Positions 25,331 through 39,107 of a stretch of 64,000 nt of DNA are shown here, in pieces (position 1 is the first letter of the stretch; every line of letters starts with the position of its first letter). The stretch is from the NCBI GenBank assembly GCA_951406725.2, contig OX597819.1, positions 36,332,001 through 36,396,000 on the forward strand, in the 5' to 3' direction. Both the position numbers and the translations under genes were made by a program. Below the pieces are notes generated by a model. It was not told where the DNA came from. It made no database searches and saw only the letters and a program-made list of their open reading frames with translations. This stretch comes from Octopus vulgaris. Lineage: Eukaryota.

Positions 25331-25843
25331 TACAGAAAATGTAAAATGTACTGCTAGTTGTTCAGGACTGAGAGGAAAAGAGATCCAAGGTGATGTTAAT
25401 GATTGTCTGTGAGTGTGATAGTCAGTACATTTTATTATAGCAGCAGCAGCAGCTGTCTTTTCTTCTATATTACCTTCATTTATCCAAGTTGAACATGACT
25501 ATGAGGATGGAAAGAAGAGAGACTGAATCTCTCTCTCTCTCTCTCACACTCACAGACACAGATTAAAGTAGTGAGAAAAGACAAGTTATTAGGCAAGGTT
25601 AAATTTAGATGGAATTCAATGTTCTTGTGCCTTGCTTAATTGTTTGCCTTTCCTCACTACTTTAACCTACGCTTACTGACTCAAAGGGAAGCCACCTTTA
25701 GCTATTTCGAACAAGACAATCACATAACCACAACTTTTACTGCTATTCAAAGTGGAATTTTGGTGGCACACCTATTTGAGCACTCAGAATGTATACCTAT
25801 TAGTTTGAGTCATTCTGACAAAAACTCCTCATATCTCTCTCTC

Positions 25844-25880
<37 letters not shown>

Positions 25881-27360
25881 TATATATATATGTGTATATA
25901 TATATATCTATATTTGCATATATGGGTACAGGACATCTCCAACTGTAAACAACATGAAGTACAAAAACAAATGAGTTAAATACGCAAACAATGAGAGAAA
26001 AAAATTGACAACATGATGAGTATTACAGAGAATGACCCTTCATCAGTTGTCTGCTGTCTATCTACTCATTTCAAGCATTCAATGACAATATGAGTCTTCA
26101 AAGACAGTTGCTCCCATAACTTCCAAAATAAGATTTTGGATTTATGGAAGGTCAAAGTTGGGAACAAAAACAGGAGAGTGGAGACATAAAAGGAAACTGA
26201 ATGGAAACAAACATGGAGAGTCGTTAGACCAGAACGAGGGGAAAATAGTAAATGCTGGGAGAAATATTTTCTTTGAAAAGAGAAAAGACAGAAGAGAGAG
26301 ATAGAAGACATCCAGTCCTTAGGATGTCATGCAGGAAAAGAAAGATGGATGATGGTCACGTGTGAGCAAGGATAGAGAGTAAAAGAGAAAAAGGGTGAGA
26401 GAGAGAGAGAGAGATGGTTGACAGGAGCCGGCCAGGTAGAAAAACTACCCTAGGCTACTGTGTCTGTTTTGGCAAGGATTTTAAGGCTAGATGCGCAGAG
26501 TGGACTCAGTGCTTTTTACGTGGCACTAGCACAGGCGAGGTTAGTTTTGGCATGATTTTTACAGCTGGATGCCCTTCCTAACACCAACCACGTTACAGTG
26601 TGGACTGGATGCTTTTAACATATACATACACTCTCACACACATACATCAGACGATGTAGATGTGCTCCTCAGAAACTATTAGTATGCACATATATATTTA
26701 TATATATTAGCGCTGCTTTTAGGTTTGGCTCCAGTGTATGGAACTTTAAGCAGATATTTTGTACTATAGCCCCATGCCAATCAAAGCCTCATGAGTGGAC
26801 TTGGTAGATGGAAACTGAAAGAAACCCATTATATATACATGTGTGTTTGTGTCCCCTTTTCCTGACATTGCATAGTTGTTGTAAGGGATTGTTACTGTTA
26901 TTCATGCAGAATATTTCTAATATTCTGTGAGAATGTCTGGCCATGGGGAAATATTATTTTGCTTGGAAACAGGTGAGGTCTGGTAACAGGAGGACATATG
27001 GCCATAGAAAATCTACTTCAGTAAACTCCATCTAACTCATGCTTTGTCTACCCATGCAAGCATGGGAAGGCAGATGTTAAAATGATGATGATGATGAAAT
27101 GATGATCATCTCCATTATCATTAAAAGTTTTAATGTAAGAATTTTTTCTTGTGTAAATGGAGTGTTAAGTCATTTATTTCTCTTTACAAAGACAAGAATC
27201 TACTTGTTCTTCTGATCATTCTGAACTCAAAGAAATAAATTTTATTGAATTTTTTTACTTTATGGTGTTTAGCGTCATATCCATAAATTACTGCCAATAT
27301 CCATAGATTATTAGTGTTTCTTCAATGTTCAGATTTATTTACATTTGATTTTGTTTACAG

Positions 27361-27454
27361 GAGACATTCTTTGAGTCGAAGGAGGATCGTACCACTGCCA
27401 ATTTGGAAAGCTAATCCAGAAACAGACCCTGATGCCTTGTTCCCTAAAGAAACG
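27361..27454 (+). CDS. SGF29: SGF29 coding exon 7
   Basis: TTACAG|; RHSLSRRRIVPLPIWKANPETDPDALFPKET; |GTAAGA, 94 nt. Confidence 0.96.
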
Positions 27455-27534
27455 GTAAGAAATATGAAAACTGTTAATTAGAAAAGATTGACAGTTTATC
27501 TATTTTTAGATTAACAGTAGAATATTTCCATTGA

Positions 27535-27952
27535 TCATTACCAGCGTTGCCTTACTGGCACTTATGCCTGTGCTAGTAGGGTGCCAAGAACACCATCTGA
27601 GCGTGATCGTTGCCAGAGCAGCCAACTGGCTTCCATACACGTGGGACGTAAAAGGGCACCATTCGAGCGTGATCGTTCCCAACGTCGCTTCACTGGCACC
27701 TGTCCCGTGGCACGTGTAAAAAGATTCGAGCGAGGTCATTGCCAGTACCGCCTGACTGGCCCCTGTGCAGGTGGCACGTAAAAAGCACCCACTACACCCT
27801 CGGAGTGGTTGGCGTTAGGAAGGGCATCCAGCTTAGAAACTCTGCCAGATCAAGACTGGAGCCTGGTGCAGCCATCTGGTTGCCAGCCCTCAGTCAAAAC
27901 TGTCCAACCTATGCTAGCATGGAAAACGGATGTTAAAAAATGATGATGATGA
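27535..27952 (+). repeat. SINE-like family A
   Basis: Core and (GAT)n tail. Confidence 0.85.
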
Positions 27953-28105
27953 TATCTTGCAAGAAACTGTATTTAGTTGGAATCAGTGCACAGCAGCAAC
28001 AAAGAATATGCCTTCCTTTTTAGATCTCTCAAACAATACTTAGTTTAGTTTGAATTTATTTGATATTATTTCTTTTACTTTGATATCTTTAATATCAATT
28101 AATAG

Positions 28106-28524
28106 GGATCTTTTCGGTTTGAATGGCAGTTTTTTAACATAATTTCTAGGTAACTAAAAAAATTTTAAACTTCGTATACTGGTAGAATGTGTTTATAAAA
28201 CATCTTTTTCTCTTGGTTTTATTGAGAAAATTCTATAGTTTGTAAGATATTTGTTGTTTTTTTTTCTTCAATTTCTGCAATTTCAACCAATCACTGATGT
28301 CTATTGAGTTAAAAAGCATTCTGTGCCGTATGAATATGTCCCTCGTTTAAGAAACAGATTGAGTTTATTTACATTTGTGAAGAAAAAAAGATACCCTTCC
28401 CCCACCTCTAACCCTAACCCTAAAACAGATTGAAATGCAATAGATCGATTCTAGGGTCATAATTATTGGTGACAATTTCATATGACACTGCTAGAAAAAA
28501 CTGCCGTTCAAACTGAAATGATCC
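28106..28524 (+). mobile_element. MITE copy 3
   Basis: Same TIRs and body; TSD ATTAATAG. Confidence 0.9.
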
Positions 28525-29623
28525 ATTAATAGAATTAAGGCAGTAAGCTGACAGAATTGGTTTGCTTGCCGGGCAAATGCTTTGCGGCATTTCATCTGTC
28601 TTCATGTTCTGTGTCCAAATTTCACTGAGGCTGACTTTTCCTTTCGTCCTTTTGAAATCGATAAAATAAGTACCAATTGAGTGCTGGTGTTGATGTAATC
28701 GACTTACCCCACTCTCTGAAATTACTGGCCTTGTGCCAGAATTTGAAATCAATATTAATTATAGAATTAGATAAGGAATTAATAAAGTTTTATTCAGCTC
28801 TGTGTCAGATGTCTAACGTTAGGGATGTGTGATCTTTAATTGGACATATCTTTACATAAAATAATAATTGTAAAATAACTTATGCGAAATAAAATCCTTT
28901 TAGAATGTCTTGAAGTAAAGTTTACTTTACAGAGGAAACTGATAAAATACTAAGTAATCATCCTTGAATTTACTTTAATCCATTTCATACTGAACTCCCT
29001 AAAGTTGCTTTGAGTTATATGATATGAACTTCTTGCTTTAAAATAATTTAAATTAAAACAATTTCATCAAAATTTCAGGTTAATTTATGTTCCAAACAAC
29101 AGCTTATTATAGACAAAGTTATTGTACTAAATTCTTCATTATTTTAAAAATTAATTGAAACAAAGATTGTCTTATTTTAACTGAATTATATTAAAACATG
29201 TTAATCTGTTTGGTGATTACAGCCAAATATAAAGTTTGGTAGTGGCCTTAGTTGAAAATGGTAAATGCTGCATTTTTCCTCATTAAAGAATCTTTCAGAA
29301 TCTTCTAGAATAATCAAGATCTTACTCTCAGGTAAACAGTAAAATTGATGAGTTTTAAACGTAGGCCATAGTTGGACATGGTTATTATCTTAGAGATTAG
29401 AGTCAGTACTCTTGAAATGGTTATCATCAAATTTATAACTTCATTATTTGTAATTATTGACAACACTCCTTTTTCTGTGGCTTTGCTTTTGACCTGTAAT
29501 AATTTCTTTACTTTTGGTACCGAAATAGCAAATATGGGTTAAATTATTAATGTAAGAAACCATTGTTGATATTGTTATGATTATTATTTCATTAAATTTA
29601 TTTTCTTTTGTTTTGTTTTGTAG

Positions 29624-29692
29624 CTGGTCTTGGCTCTGTATCCACAGACTACATGCTTTTATCGTGCACTCATCCATGAACCACCAAAAAGG
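29624..29692 (+). CDS. SGF29: SGF29 coding exon 8 (Tudor 2)
   Basis: TTGTAG|; LVLALYPQTTCFYRALIHEPPKR; AGG|GTACTA, 69 nt. Confidence 0.96.
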
Positions 29693-29758
29693 GTACTATT
29701 AATTTTGTTGTTACTTTTACCTTTGGTAAAGTCTCTCTGTTTGTATGAAGTCATTGAA

Positions 29759-30300
29759 CCCTTTAGCATTCAGATCACTCTATCAAATGTAATCCTTATT
29801 TGTTCACATTGTTTTGAATTAATCGTATTATTTCATAGCTTGTGAAAGTGCATGGCTCAGTGGTTAGAGTTTCGAGCTTACGATCGTGAGGTTGTGAGCT
29901 CGAATCCCGGACCGGGCTGCATGTTGTGTTCATGAGCAAGACACTATTTCACGTTGCTCCAGTTAACTCAGCTGTAGAAATGAGCTGCGATGTCACAGGT
30001 GCCAAGCTGTATCGGCTGCTGCCTTTCCCTTGGATAACACTGGTGGTGTGGAGAGGGGAGGCCGGTATGTATGGGCAACTGTTGGTCTTCCATAAACCAC
30101 CTTGCCCAGACTTGTGACTAGAAGGGTAACTTTCTAGGTGCAAGCCCATGGTCAGTGTCGTGACCAATTTCATAGCTTCAAGATTTTGATGAAGTGATTG
30201 TTTACTTCTAGAATGATATTGTAGAGTAAGTTTAAGAGGCTGAGTCTGACCAGTTTGAACATGAAACAGGTGGAATATTTTGGTTTGATATGCTAATGGG
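29759..30300. mobile_element. piggyBac-like MITE (family 1) interrupted by a tRNA-SINE at 29842-30166
   Basis: CCCTTTAGCA...TGCTAATGGG|TTAA; inner SINE flanked by 12-bp TSD ATTTCATAGCTT. Confidence 0.8.
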
Positions 30301-31609
30301 TTAAACTGTTACAAATAACTGAGAAAGTAAATAATGGAACCAAATACCTTACCATTTATAATTTTGTCCACATAGACCTGATTTTAAATTTTCTTAGGAT
30401 TAGAACTCAGAATTGCTTTCTTCCCTCTGGGATAGGATAGATTAAACAACAAAATATACTATGGTATTCTTTGTTAACTTCATCCTACCAATAAAAAGCG
30501 AAAAAAACTTGGCTTTGTACTGCACTTTAGTGATATTTGACAAAAAGCATATTCAGCTTTATTATACATTGTATTAGAGTATTAAGTTGCAGTTATAATA
30601 GTGTATAATGTTAATATTATCTTGTAAAAATTAAGTGCAATAATGAAGATACTTGCACTCAAGTTATTTTTACTTAATATTTTTAAGTTCGAAAATGCAT
30701 GAACTCAACATGTACTATTTGACTGCTAAGTTGTAAGTTCATATCCTGCCTTATGCCGAATGGCAAGAAACTTACTCCTGTTTGCATGCCTGTTTGTAAA
30801 TAATTTTATGTGTAATATAAATTTAGTCCTTTATTTTGATATTCCTAATTAGTTATGTGTTTAATAATAGAAAAAAATAACCTTGCTTCCATAGCTGGTT
30901 TGGTATTGGTAACAATTTTCAAACAGAGAGCCTGAATCAAGTTCACTAGTGTGTCTTGTCTAAATAATAGCACAGTTGAAATTACATTCCTGTGATATTA
31001 TTTATTAGTATTATTATTATTAAAATATGATCTCAGTATCTTGTATTTAAACTTCTAATTTTTCACTTTGAATGGTTGAATAATTATCTCCCCCTGTTTC
31101 ATCAAATGTTGCTTGTGTGTGTGTGTACGTCATTTTGTATATAGATACACACATTGTGATGTATGCAGTATTCCTCACTAGCCAGGGTGAAACCTGAACA
31201 AATAATCTTTGTATTCAGGTGTTTGGCTAAATCAGGTTTTGACAAATCTCTGAAACCAGTTGTGAAGAACCAAATATTGTGTATTATTTTGTATTAATAG
31301 TTACGTATTCAATTGCCAGGTATCCATTTTTCCATATTTGATGTACTTACATTTTATTTGCCCAAATTTGATTCTTAGCCCTCATGTTAATTCACACAGC
31401 TAATTCCTATATCTTAGATTATATTCTGCAAATATCATTGAAACAAGAGCATTCGTTACAATAAATATGACAATATATTTTGACAACTGGCTGTTTGTTG
31501 TGCTTGAGAAGATATATCAAGCTCAGTTAAGCTGTGGCCATCCATGCATACAGGCTTGTCCTCTATGTCCTGCTCTCAGTTAAGAGGTTCCTATCTTGAA
31601 GGCTCACAG

Positions 31610-32069
31610 ATGGTGGTGTCACATAAAAAGCACCCATGCTGGTGGCACAAAAAGAAATAGCACCTGTGCTAGTGCCATGTAAAAGCACCTGTGCTGGTGC
31701 CATGTAAAAAGACCTGTGCTGGAGCCATGTAAAAGCACCTGTGCTGGTGTTACGTAAAAGCACTGTTGCTGATGCCATGTAAAAGCACTGGTGTTGGTGC
31801 CATGTAAAAAGCACCGGTGCTGGTGTTACATAAAAGCACTTGTGCTGGTGCCATGTACTGGTACTACATAAAAGTGCTTATGCCAATGCCATGTAAAAAG
31901 CACCCCGTACACTGTACAAAGTGGTTGGCATTAGGAAGGGCTTCCAGCCACTGAAACCATACCAAAACAGACAAATGGAGCTTGTGCAGCTTCCCAGCTG
32001 GCCAACTTCTTTCAAACCATCCAACCCATGCCAGCATGGAGAACAGACGTTAAATGATGATAATGATGA
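31610..32069 (+). repeat. Family A copy with an expanded internal 20-21 bp tandem array
   Basis: (GCACCTGTGCTGGTGCCATGTAAAA)-like units at 31610-31905, followed by the core. Confidence 0.8.
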
Positions 32070-32123
32070 ACTATTTCCTTTGTTTCCAGTAGTCATTATA
32101 TGTACACTACTGATTTCCAGAAG

Positions 32124-32248
32124 TGGCTCTGATGAAAGTAGCATTGATTTTCTTAGGTTGTTCAATTTACCTCAATTGATCAATAGACCAACTGAGTAAA
32201 CCTGTCAGTAATGTACCTATAATGACTACTGGAAACAGCTGTAAGCTA
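32124..32248 (+). ncRNA. Type I hammerhead ribozyme motif with long loop II in SGF29 intron 8
   Basis: TGGCT-CTGATGA-a-AGTAG...CTACT-g-GAAAC-AGCT-GTA-AGCTA. Confidence 0.6.
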
Positions 32249-33458
32249 AATTTGCTCTAAGAAAGGAATTATATGTAATGACCATTATATTTGACCTGTC
32301 TCTCATATACCACTCTATAAAAACCAGTTTATCTGATGCCCATCCATGGATTTGCAATACAGAATTGTGATAATTTGGGATCCTTCAAAAAAATTACTTG
32401 GAGTTCTTCACTAATCTAAGTAATATTGTTAGCCTGGTGTACCAACAGAGAGCTTATGAAGTATCTTGCCTGGATTCATAATCCCTAACTATTTGTTGTT
32501 ATATATATTTATATATATATATATATATACATATGTTATCTTTTACCTGTTTCAGCCATTAGACTGCAACCATGCTGGCTACTGCCTTAAGTTTCTAGTC
32601 AAATTAATTGACCTCAGTACTTATTTTTTAAGCCTAGTACTTATTTGTTGAACCTCTAACTTACAGGGACATAAACAGCAACACCGGTTGTCAAGTGGGG
32701 GGGGGAGGGCAAACACAAACACACACACATATATATATGATGGGCTTCTTTCAGTTTCTGCCCACCAAATCCACTCACACGGCTTTGGTCAGCTCAAGGT
32801 TATAGTAGAAGAATTTACCCAAGGTGCCATGCAGTGGGACTGAACCCAGAACCATGTGGCTGGGAAGCCACTCCTGCACCTATATGTGTGTGTATGTGTA
32901 TATATCTATATATCACATGATCACATGACTGACCAAGCTATTAGATGATGCTACACATTGCTGGTCACAATGCACTTCGCATTGTTTTAGCCTTGAAATG
33001 ACGCCACCCCACTGGCTAAGCGAGCAGGCCAACAGAAGAAAGAGTGAGAGAAAGTTGTGGCGAAAGAATACAGCAGGGATCGCCTCCCCACCCCTGCCAG
33101 AGCCTTGTGGAGCTTTAGGTGTTTTCGCTCAATAAACACTCACAGCGCCTGGTCTAGAAATTGAAACGACGATCCTACGACCGCGAGTCTGCTGCCCTAA
33201 CCACTGGGCCATTGTGCCTCCATATATATATATATATATAGTTGAAATTTACAGAAAAACGTAAGACAAAGATAGGTGTATAAACAACAAGCAGGTGTAT
33301 TAGTTTGATGCAAGTCATTTGTGTTTTGAGCCTACACTCTTTAACAGAAAGAAATACAAGGAAATAAACAGAGAGAGAATAAAAAACTAGTGGATTTGGC
33401 GATCTATCAGACTTTTCCAAATATTTTTGTAATTTTGGCCTTTACTTTTATTTTCCAG

Positions 33459-33575
33459 CCTCAAGATGACTACCAAGTATTATTTGAAGATACTTCTTAT
33501 TCAGATGGTTACTCACCACCTCTGGGTGTTGCCCAACGTTATGTTATTGCATGCAAAGAAGAGAAAAGAAAGTAG
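33459..33575 (+). CDS. SGF29: SGF29 terminal coding exon 9
   Basis: TTCCAG|; PQDDYQVLFEDTSYSDGYSPPLGVAQRYVIACKEEKRK*; total CDS 945 nt. Confidence 0.97.
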   Translation, partial: PQDDYQVLFEDTSYSDGYSPPLGVAQRYVIACKEEKRK

Positions 33576-34197
33576 ACCAATGCCTTCTGTTTTCAACTCC
33601 TAATAGGAAAGAAAAAATAAATTTGAATTTAATGTGCTGAGTGAAACTGTCTGGATGAAATCATTTTTAAAAGGATTTATAAAAAAATGAAAAATAAATA
33701 TATGCTATAATATATATATTATATATAGTTGGATTATATACATACTTGACAAACTGAGAAAAGCTATGGAGAGCTACTGTGATTGTTTACTAAGTTCTTG
33801 GACTAAATAGCTTTTTATTTTCTGTTTTTCTTTTTTCTTTTTGATTTTTTTTTTTAAAAAAACATTCTCTAATTGTTGGAAATAGCGTCCATGTTTGGGC
33901 TTTTTTGCATTTTTTAGGTGTTTTCCAGGAGTTTAACGCAATGAGAAAAAGAAAAACATATATTTCAGAAGAAAAAAAAATGCATTGTTTCAGAGGATTG
34001 ACTTTTTATCCTTATATATTGCCTTCAGATGACTGATTTATCTTTACATATCACTGAAATCTGTCTATCCAATTTTACACATACACACACACACACACAC
34101 ACTCATCATCATCATACACATACACACACATATACACAGACACACAAACACACATTCATAAGCATAGAAATACACATTTTCAGATGATACTTCTGAA

Positions 34198-34203
34198 AAT
34201 AAA
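34198..34203 (+). terminator. Candidate polyadenylation signal for SGF29
   Basis: AATAAA followed by GT/T-rich sequence about 620 nt after the stop; more proximal AATAAA hexamers also exist. Confidence 0.45.
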
Positions 34204-35351
34204 GTTGTTTAATATAAATGGTCACTGTTTCAGTTTCTTTTTAAAAAGCATTTAATCCAAGTAAGAGAAATTTCTTTCAGAAACAAAGACAAAATATAAG
34301 GAATTTTTTTTATTGGTGAACATTATAGGCAGAGTGAGACTAGGTTGATTTGAATTTCAAATGTAGGTCATTTCACTTCATTTATTCCACCAATACCTTC
34401 AGGAATGTCTCCATATTTTTCCATTCTTTTTAAAGATTATTAAAAAAATGCATACTTAGTTAAAAAAGAAAAGAAAAAATCCAAATAGTTTATTACAGTT
34501 TGAAAAGTTTAATAATTCTGATATTATTTAAATATAGAATGTGCAGGTACTGAATATTATAAAGTCTCCACTGAGCTATTATTAGATTTTAACCCTTTGC
34601 TTATCATCATCATCATTGTTTAACATCTACCGTCCATGCTGGCATGGATTGGATGGTTTGATAGGAGCTGGCCAGATAGGAACCTGCACCAGATTTCTGT
34701 GTCTATTTTGGCATGGTTTTTACAGCTTGATACCCTTCCTAACACCAACCTCCCAGCAGATGCTTGTCCTAAGCTTTTCCCTAAACTTCTATGTTGCTTC
34801 TCTTCATACTTCTAGTTAGCTTTCGTTTCATATGTTCTGAGTAATATAATTTTTTCCTTTCATAGGTCCCAAGTCACTCTGATGGTTGAAAAAATTTAGA
34901 ATGTGTTTTATATATGATGCCTGGACACCAGGGAAATACGTCCTGTGTATCATGTGTGATACACAGGACAAAGAAAGGGGTTAAAGTTAAATGTGCTTGT
35001 GTTTTTATTATAGCTAGTGCTTCCCCTTGCCTTGGACCGTCATCTGCTGATAAAGTTGTAGGGGTGTTGTTGTGATATGGTGTGTCTTAGGTATTTAAAC
35101 CTGGTGGAGCTCATCCGTCTCCAAGTCTGAAAACAACTGATTTCTAGAAACACAGAATGTGAAAGGAAGAGAGAGTGAGACAGAGAAATAAGGAGAATCA
35201 CAGAGCTTGAATACCGCAAAGCATTCTATTGAACACACTAACAACTGGATGCCTTCACTACAGATAATATGTGGCATTTATCTTCTTATGGCTGTTTTCT
35301 CATAGAATGAGCATGACACTATTATTATATAACTTACCTGAGAATTTCAAA

Positions 35352-35610
35352 TCATCATTATCATCATCATTTAACGTCCGCTTTCCATGCTGGCATGGGT
35401 TGGACTGTTCAACTGGGGTCTGGAAAGCCAGAAGGCTGCACCAGGCCCAGTCTGATCTGGCAGTGTTTCTACAGCTGGATGCCCTTCCTAACGCCAACCA
35501 CTCTGTGAGTGTAGTGGGTGCTTTTTACGTGCCACCGGCACAGGTGCCAGATGAGACTGGCAAACGGCCACGATCGGATGGTGCTTTTTACGTTCCACCG
35601 GCACGGGGAC
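35352..35610 (-). repeat. Family A (further - strand copies at about 34603, 37042 and 38046)
   Basis: Core and tail. Confidence 0.8.
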
Positions 35611-36128
35611 CCTCTATGATAAATGGCAGTAGTGACACCAAGGTCGATGGTAGAAATCTTGGAACAGCAGTTGAAACTAAAGCCTACTCAGTATGAGCTG
35701 TAAAATAATCCAGGTCCTCAAGTGTAACCTATAGCTTTCACTATATGAATTATAAAGGAAAACTGGAACCAAATCTGCTATTGATTGTTCATTTGTCTGT
35801 CCCCTTCTGTAACATAACATTTGAAGTCAGCCTTGGACATATCAGAAGATTTGAAGTCCTCAGATACCACATTGTGGTGCCTGGGTAGGACTGGGTTTTG
35901 TGGTTGAGTTAACTTTACAACTATATGGTTTCAGTTTCAATAGCACAGTGTAGTAGTTTGAGCCAGTGTCTTCTGTTATGTATAGTTTTGAACTGGCCAA
36001 TGCTTTGATAAACAGTTTTGAACTGGCCAATACTTTGAAGTCAGCTGTGGACATAACTGAAACAAGTAAAAGAGCTGGAATACTTTACTGTGGTATAGTT
36101 TCCTCTATTCAGTCCATTGTTTTTTTAA

Positions 36129-36348
36129 CCCTTTTGTTACCAACCTGGCTGAAACCAGCTCTAGCTCTGAGTACAAATGTCTTGTTTTCATAAGTTTTGA
36201 ATCAAAATCTTCCACTAAACCTTAGTCACAATTTATGTTCTTAACACTACCTGAATGATACCTAAGTTATTTTACTAAATTCTTTGTTTTATTTAAAGTA
36301 ATCGAAAGAAACACAGAGCATCTCAAAATAAATACAGTAACAAAAGGG
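36129..36348. mobile_element. piggyBac-like MITE (family 2)
   Basis: TTAA|CCCTTTTGTTAC...GTAACAAAAGGG|TTAA. Confidence 0.8.
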
Positions 36349-38371
36349 TTAAACTGTGGCTAGCCCCATGCTTTAAACTCATATTATTCATAAAAATAAT
36401 GTCATGCCTAAACCTTGGAAGATACTTGTGTCTATGCATGTAATTTGCCATTGGTATCATCATTTTATGTCTGTTTCTTCATGCTTGCATGAATTGGATG
36501 GGTCTTCTCCAGCACATTATCTTACTATTTGCTATTGTCCTGTGTCATCTTTGTTGTGAGGTTCAACAGCCTGAGATTAGTTTTCGCCATTTCCCATCAT
36601 TGCTATATTTGCATGTAGAAGTGGCACTAACACTGGCTGAGAAAACCAGCTGAAATGATGTTGTTCTCATAGATTTTCTATCTTGGTGCTCTTAAACATG
36701 AGTTTTATTTAGTTTTGCTGACAGCCCTTTTTTGCAGATTCAGAATCTCCGCCCTCAACATAGTGTATTCCTGTAAAAAAGAAAACAAAAAAATCCCCGA
36801 AAGGATGAAAGGCAAAGTCGACCTTGGTGGAATTTGAACTCAGAACATAACGGCAGATGAGATACCGCTAAGCATTTTACCCGGCATGCTAACGATTCTG
36901 TCAGCTTGCCGCCCTTTATATATATATAAAGGGCTTCCACACACTTTTTGTTTACCAATTTTACTCACAAAGCATTGCCCAACTTAAAATTACAACAGTG
37001 GACATTTACTCAAGTTACCACACTGTGACAGAACCTGAAACCATCATCATCATCATTTAATGTCTGCTTTCCATGCTAGCATGGGTTGGACGATTTGACT
37101 GAGGTCTGGCAAACCAGACTCCAATCTGATCTGGCAGAGTTTCTACAGCTGGATGCCCTTCCTAATGCCAACCACTTCGAGAGTTTAGTGGGTGCTTTTA
37201 CGTGCCACCGGCATGAGGGCCAGTGTAGTTGTACTGGCAATGGCCATGCCCAAATGGTGGTTTTTTTGTAAAAAAAAACGAATGGCAGTGCTCCAGCATG
37301 GCCACAGCTCGTGAGCTGAAACTAGATAAAATAATAAAAATAAAATAAATATGGTTGTAAAGTGAGCTTCTTAACTGCAATAGTAACGCTTGCACCTTAA
37401 AATACATTTTGAATCCAACATGTCTTATGTTAGAATAGGATTTACAAAGAAAATAAGTCTGAAAGTTAACTATTCATATTTGGCATATGTTAACATTTTG
37501 TGTCTCTGAGAAATGTAGTCTCAGCAAAGTTTTAACCTTTTAGCATCCACAATTCTGTCAAAAGTAATGCTTATTCATTTACATTGTTTTGAATTAATCT
37601 TACATTATCTTGTAGCTTTGAGATTTTGATGAGGTAACTGTTGTTTTAGAATGAAATTGCAGGGTTGGTGTAAGAGGCCAGATCTGAACAGATTGAGCAT
37701 AAAACAGGTAGAATGTTCTGGCTGGATATGGCTGGTGTAAATAAATGCTTAAATGGTTAGGAAAGAAATTGGATTGTTTTTTAAAAAGGAGAATTTTGCC
37801 TGAAATTTTACCTGAATTTTTTTAGTTACTCGTCTAAATTTCTGAAATGTATTACTGAGATAATTTGGTTTTAAAAGTATTATGAACTTTATATGTTTTT
37901 ATATGAAAGATATTTCATTTAATATATTTCAAGAAATATGGAAATATCGAAATTTAAAAAAAATATTTGATCAAAAGGAAAGAAAAGAAAAAATACAACC
38001 AAAAACAAAATACTGAGGAATGTAAGTGAGTGGTGTTTAACTAGTCATCATCATCATCATCATCGTTTAACGTCCGCTTTCCATACTAGCATGGGTTGGA
38101 CGATTTGATTGAGGTCTGGTGAACCAGATGGCTGCACCAGGCTCTTATCTGATCTAGCAGAGTTTCTACAGCTGGATGCCCTTTCTAACGCCAACCACTC
38201 CGAGAGTGTAGCAGGTGCTTTTACATGCCACCAGCATGGATGCAAGTCATCGAATCATTTCGTGAAAGTCATTGATCAGCGTAAGTCATTCATATTTGCA
38301 TGAAAAGAAGATTATTTTTTTTTGTTCACTATCAGTTACCAAAATGTTAGTGTGTGCTGGAAATTATCTCA

Positions 38372-38404
<33 letters not shown>

Positions 38405-38635
38405 AATAATGTGTCAGTATAATTCTTGACTCAATACTCCATAATTTAAGTATAATTTTAAGTTATTTTTCAAGTCCCATATAAACTGGAAAAGTAATAG
38501 TTAATTTATATTATTCCTTCTAAAAGTGTATGGTTGTTAAAACTTAATATAAAAGAGGTGCAAGGTTAGGCTTATGTAGATATGTGATGAATTATAAATT
38601 TTAAGTTGCATTCATTAACTATATTACCAGCTGGG

Positions 38636-38873
38636 TAAGGCAGCGAGCTAGCAGACATGTTAGCGCACCGGGCGAAATGCTTAGCGGTATTTTGTCTGGT
38701 GTTACGTTCTGAGTTCAAATTCTACTGAGGTCGACTTTGCCTTTCATCCTTTCGGGGTCAATAAATAAAGTACCAGTTTTGCACTGGGGTCGATGTAATC
38801 AACTTAATCCCTTTGTCTGTCAATGTTTGTCCCCTATATGTTTAGCCTCTTGTGGGCAATAAAGATATATATA
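38636..38873 (+). repeat. SINE family B with 16-bp TSD
   Basis: TSD TATATTACCAGCTGGG; other copies near 2375(-), 7198, 21460, 23619, 28538, 36795(-), 42100(-) and 59432. Confidence 0.85.
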
Positions 38874-39107
38874 TATATTACCAGCTGGGCACATAGATTT
38901 TAGGTAAATCCAAGGACATCCCCTCCCATCAAAAAACACCACATGATTTAATTAGGTTACTAAGAACCACTTATATATATGTCAGTTATATAGACCAGTT
39001 AAACTTGAGTTTTGTTTATGTCAAGACTTGAAATTAGTTCTGTAAAATGATGAAGCACATGATGGATGATACTATATTTACTCTGATAATCATTACCACA
39101 TTAGCCA

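Noticed and set aside
31610-31905. CRISPR-like regularly spaced palindromic repeats
   Set aside because: Tandem units without unique spacers, inside a SINE, eukaryotic context, no cas genes
35095-35150. Possible - strand micro-exon (DLETDELHQ)
   Set aside because: Weak donor and no partner exons or recognisable protein
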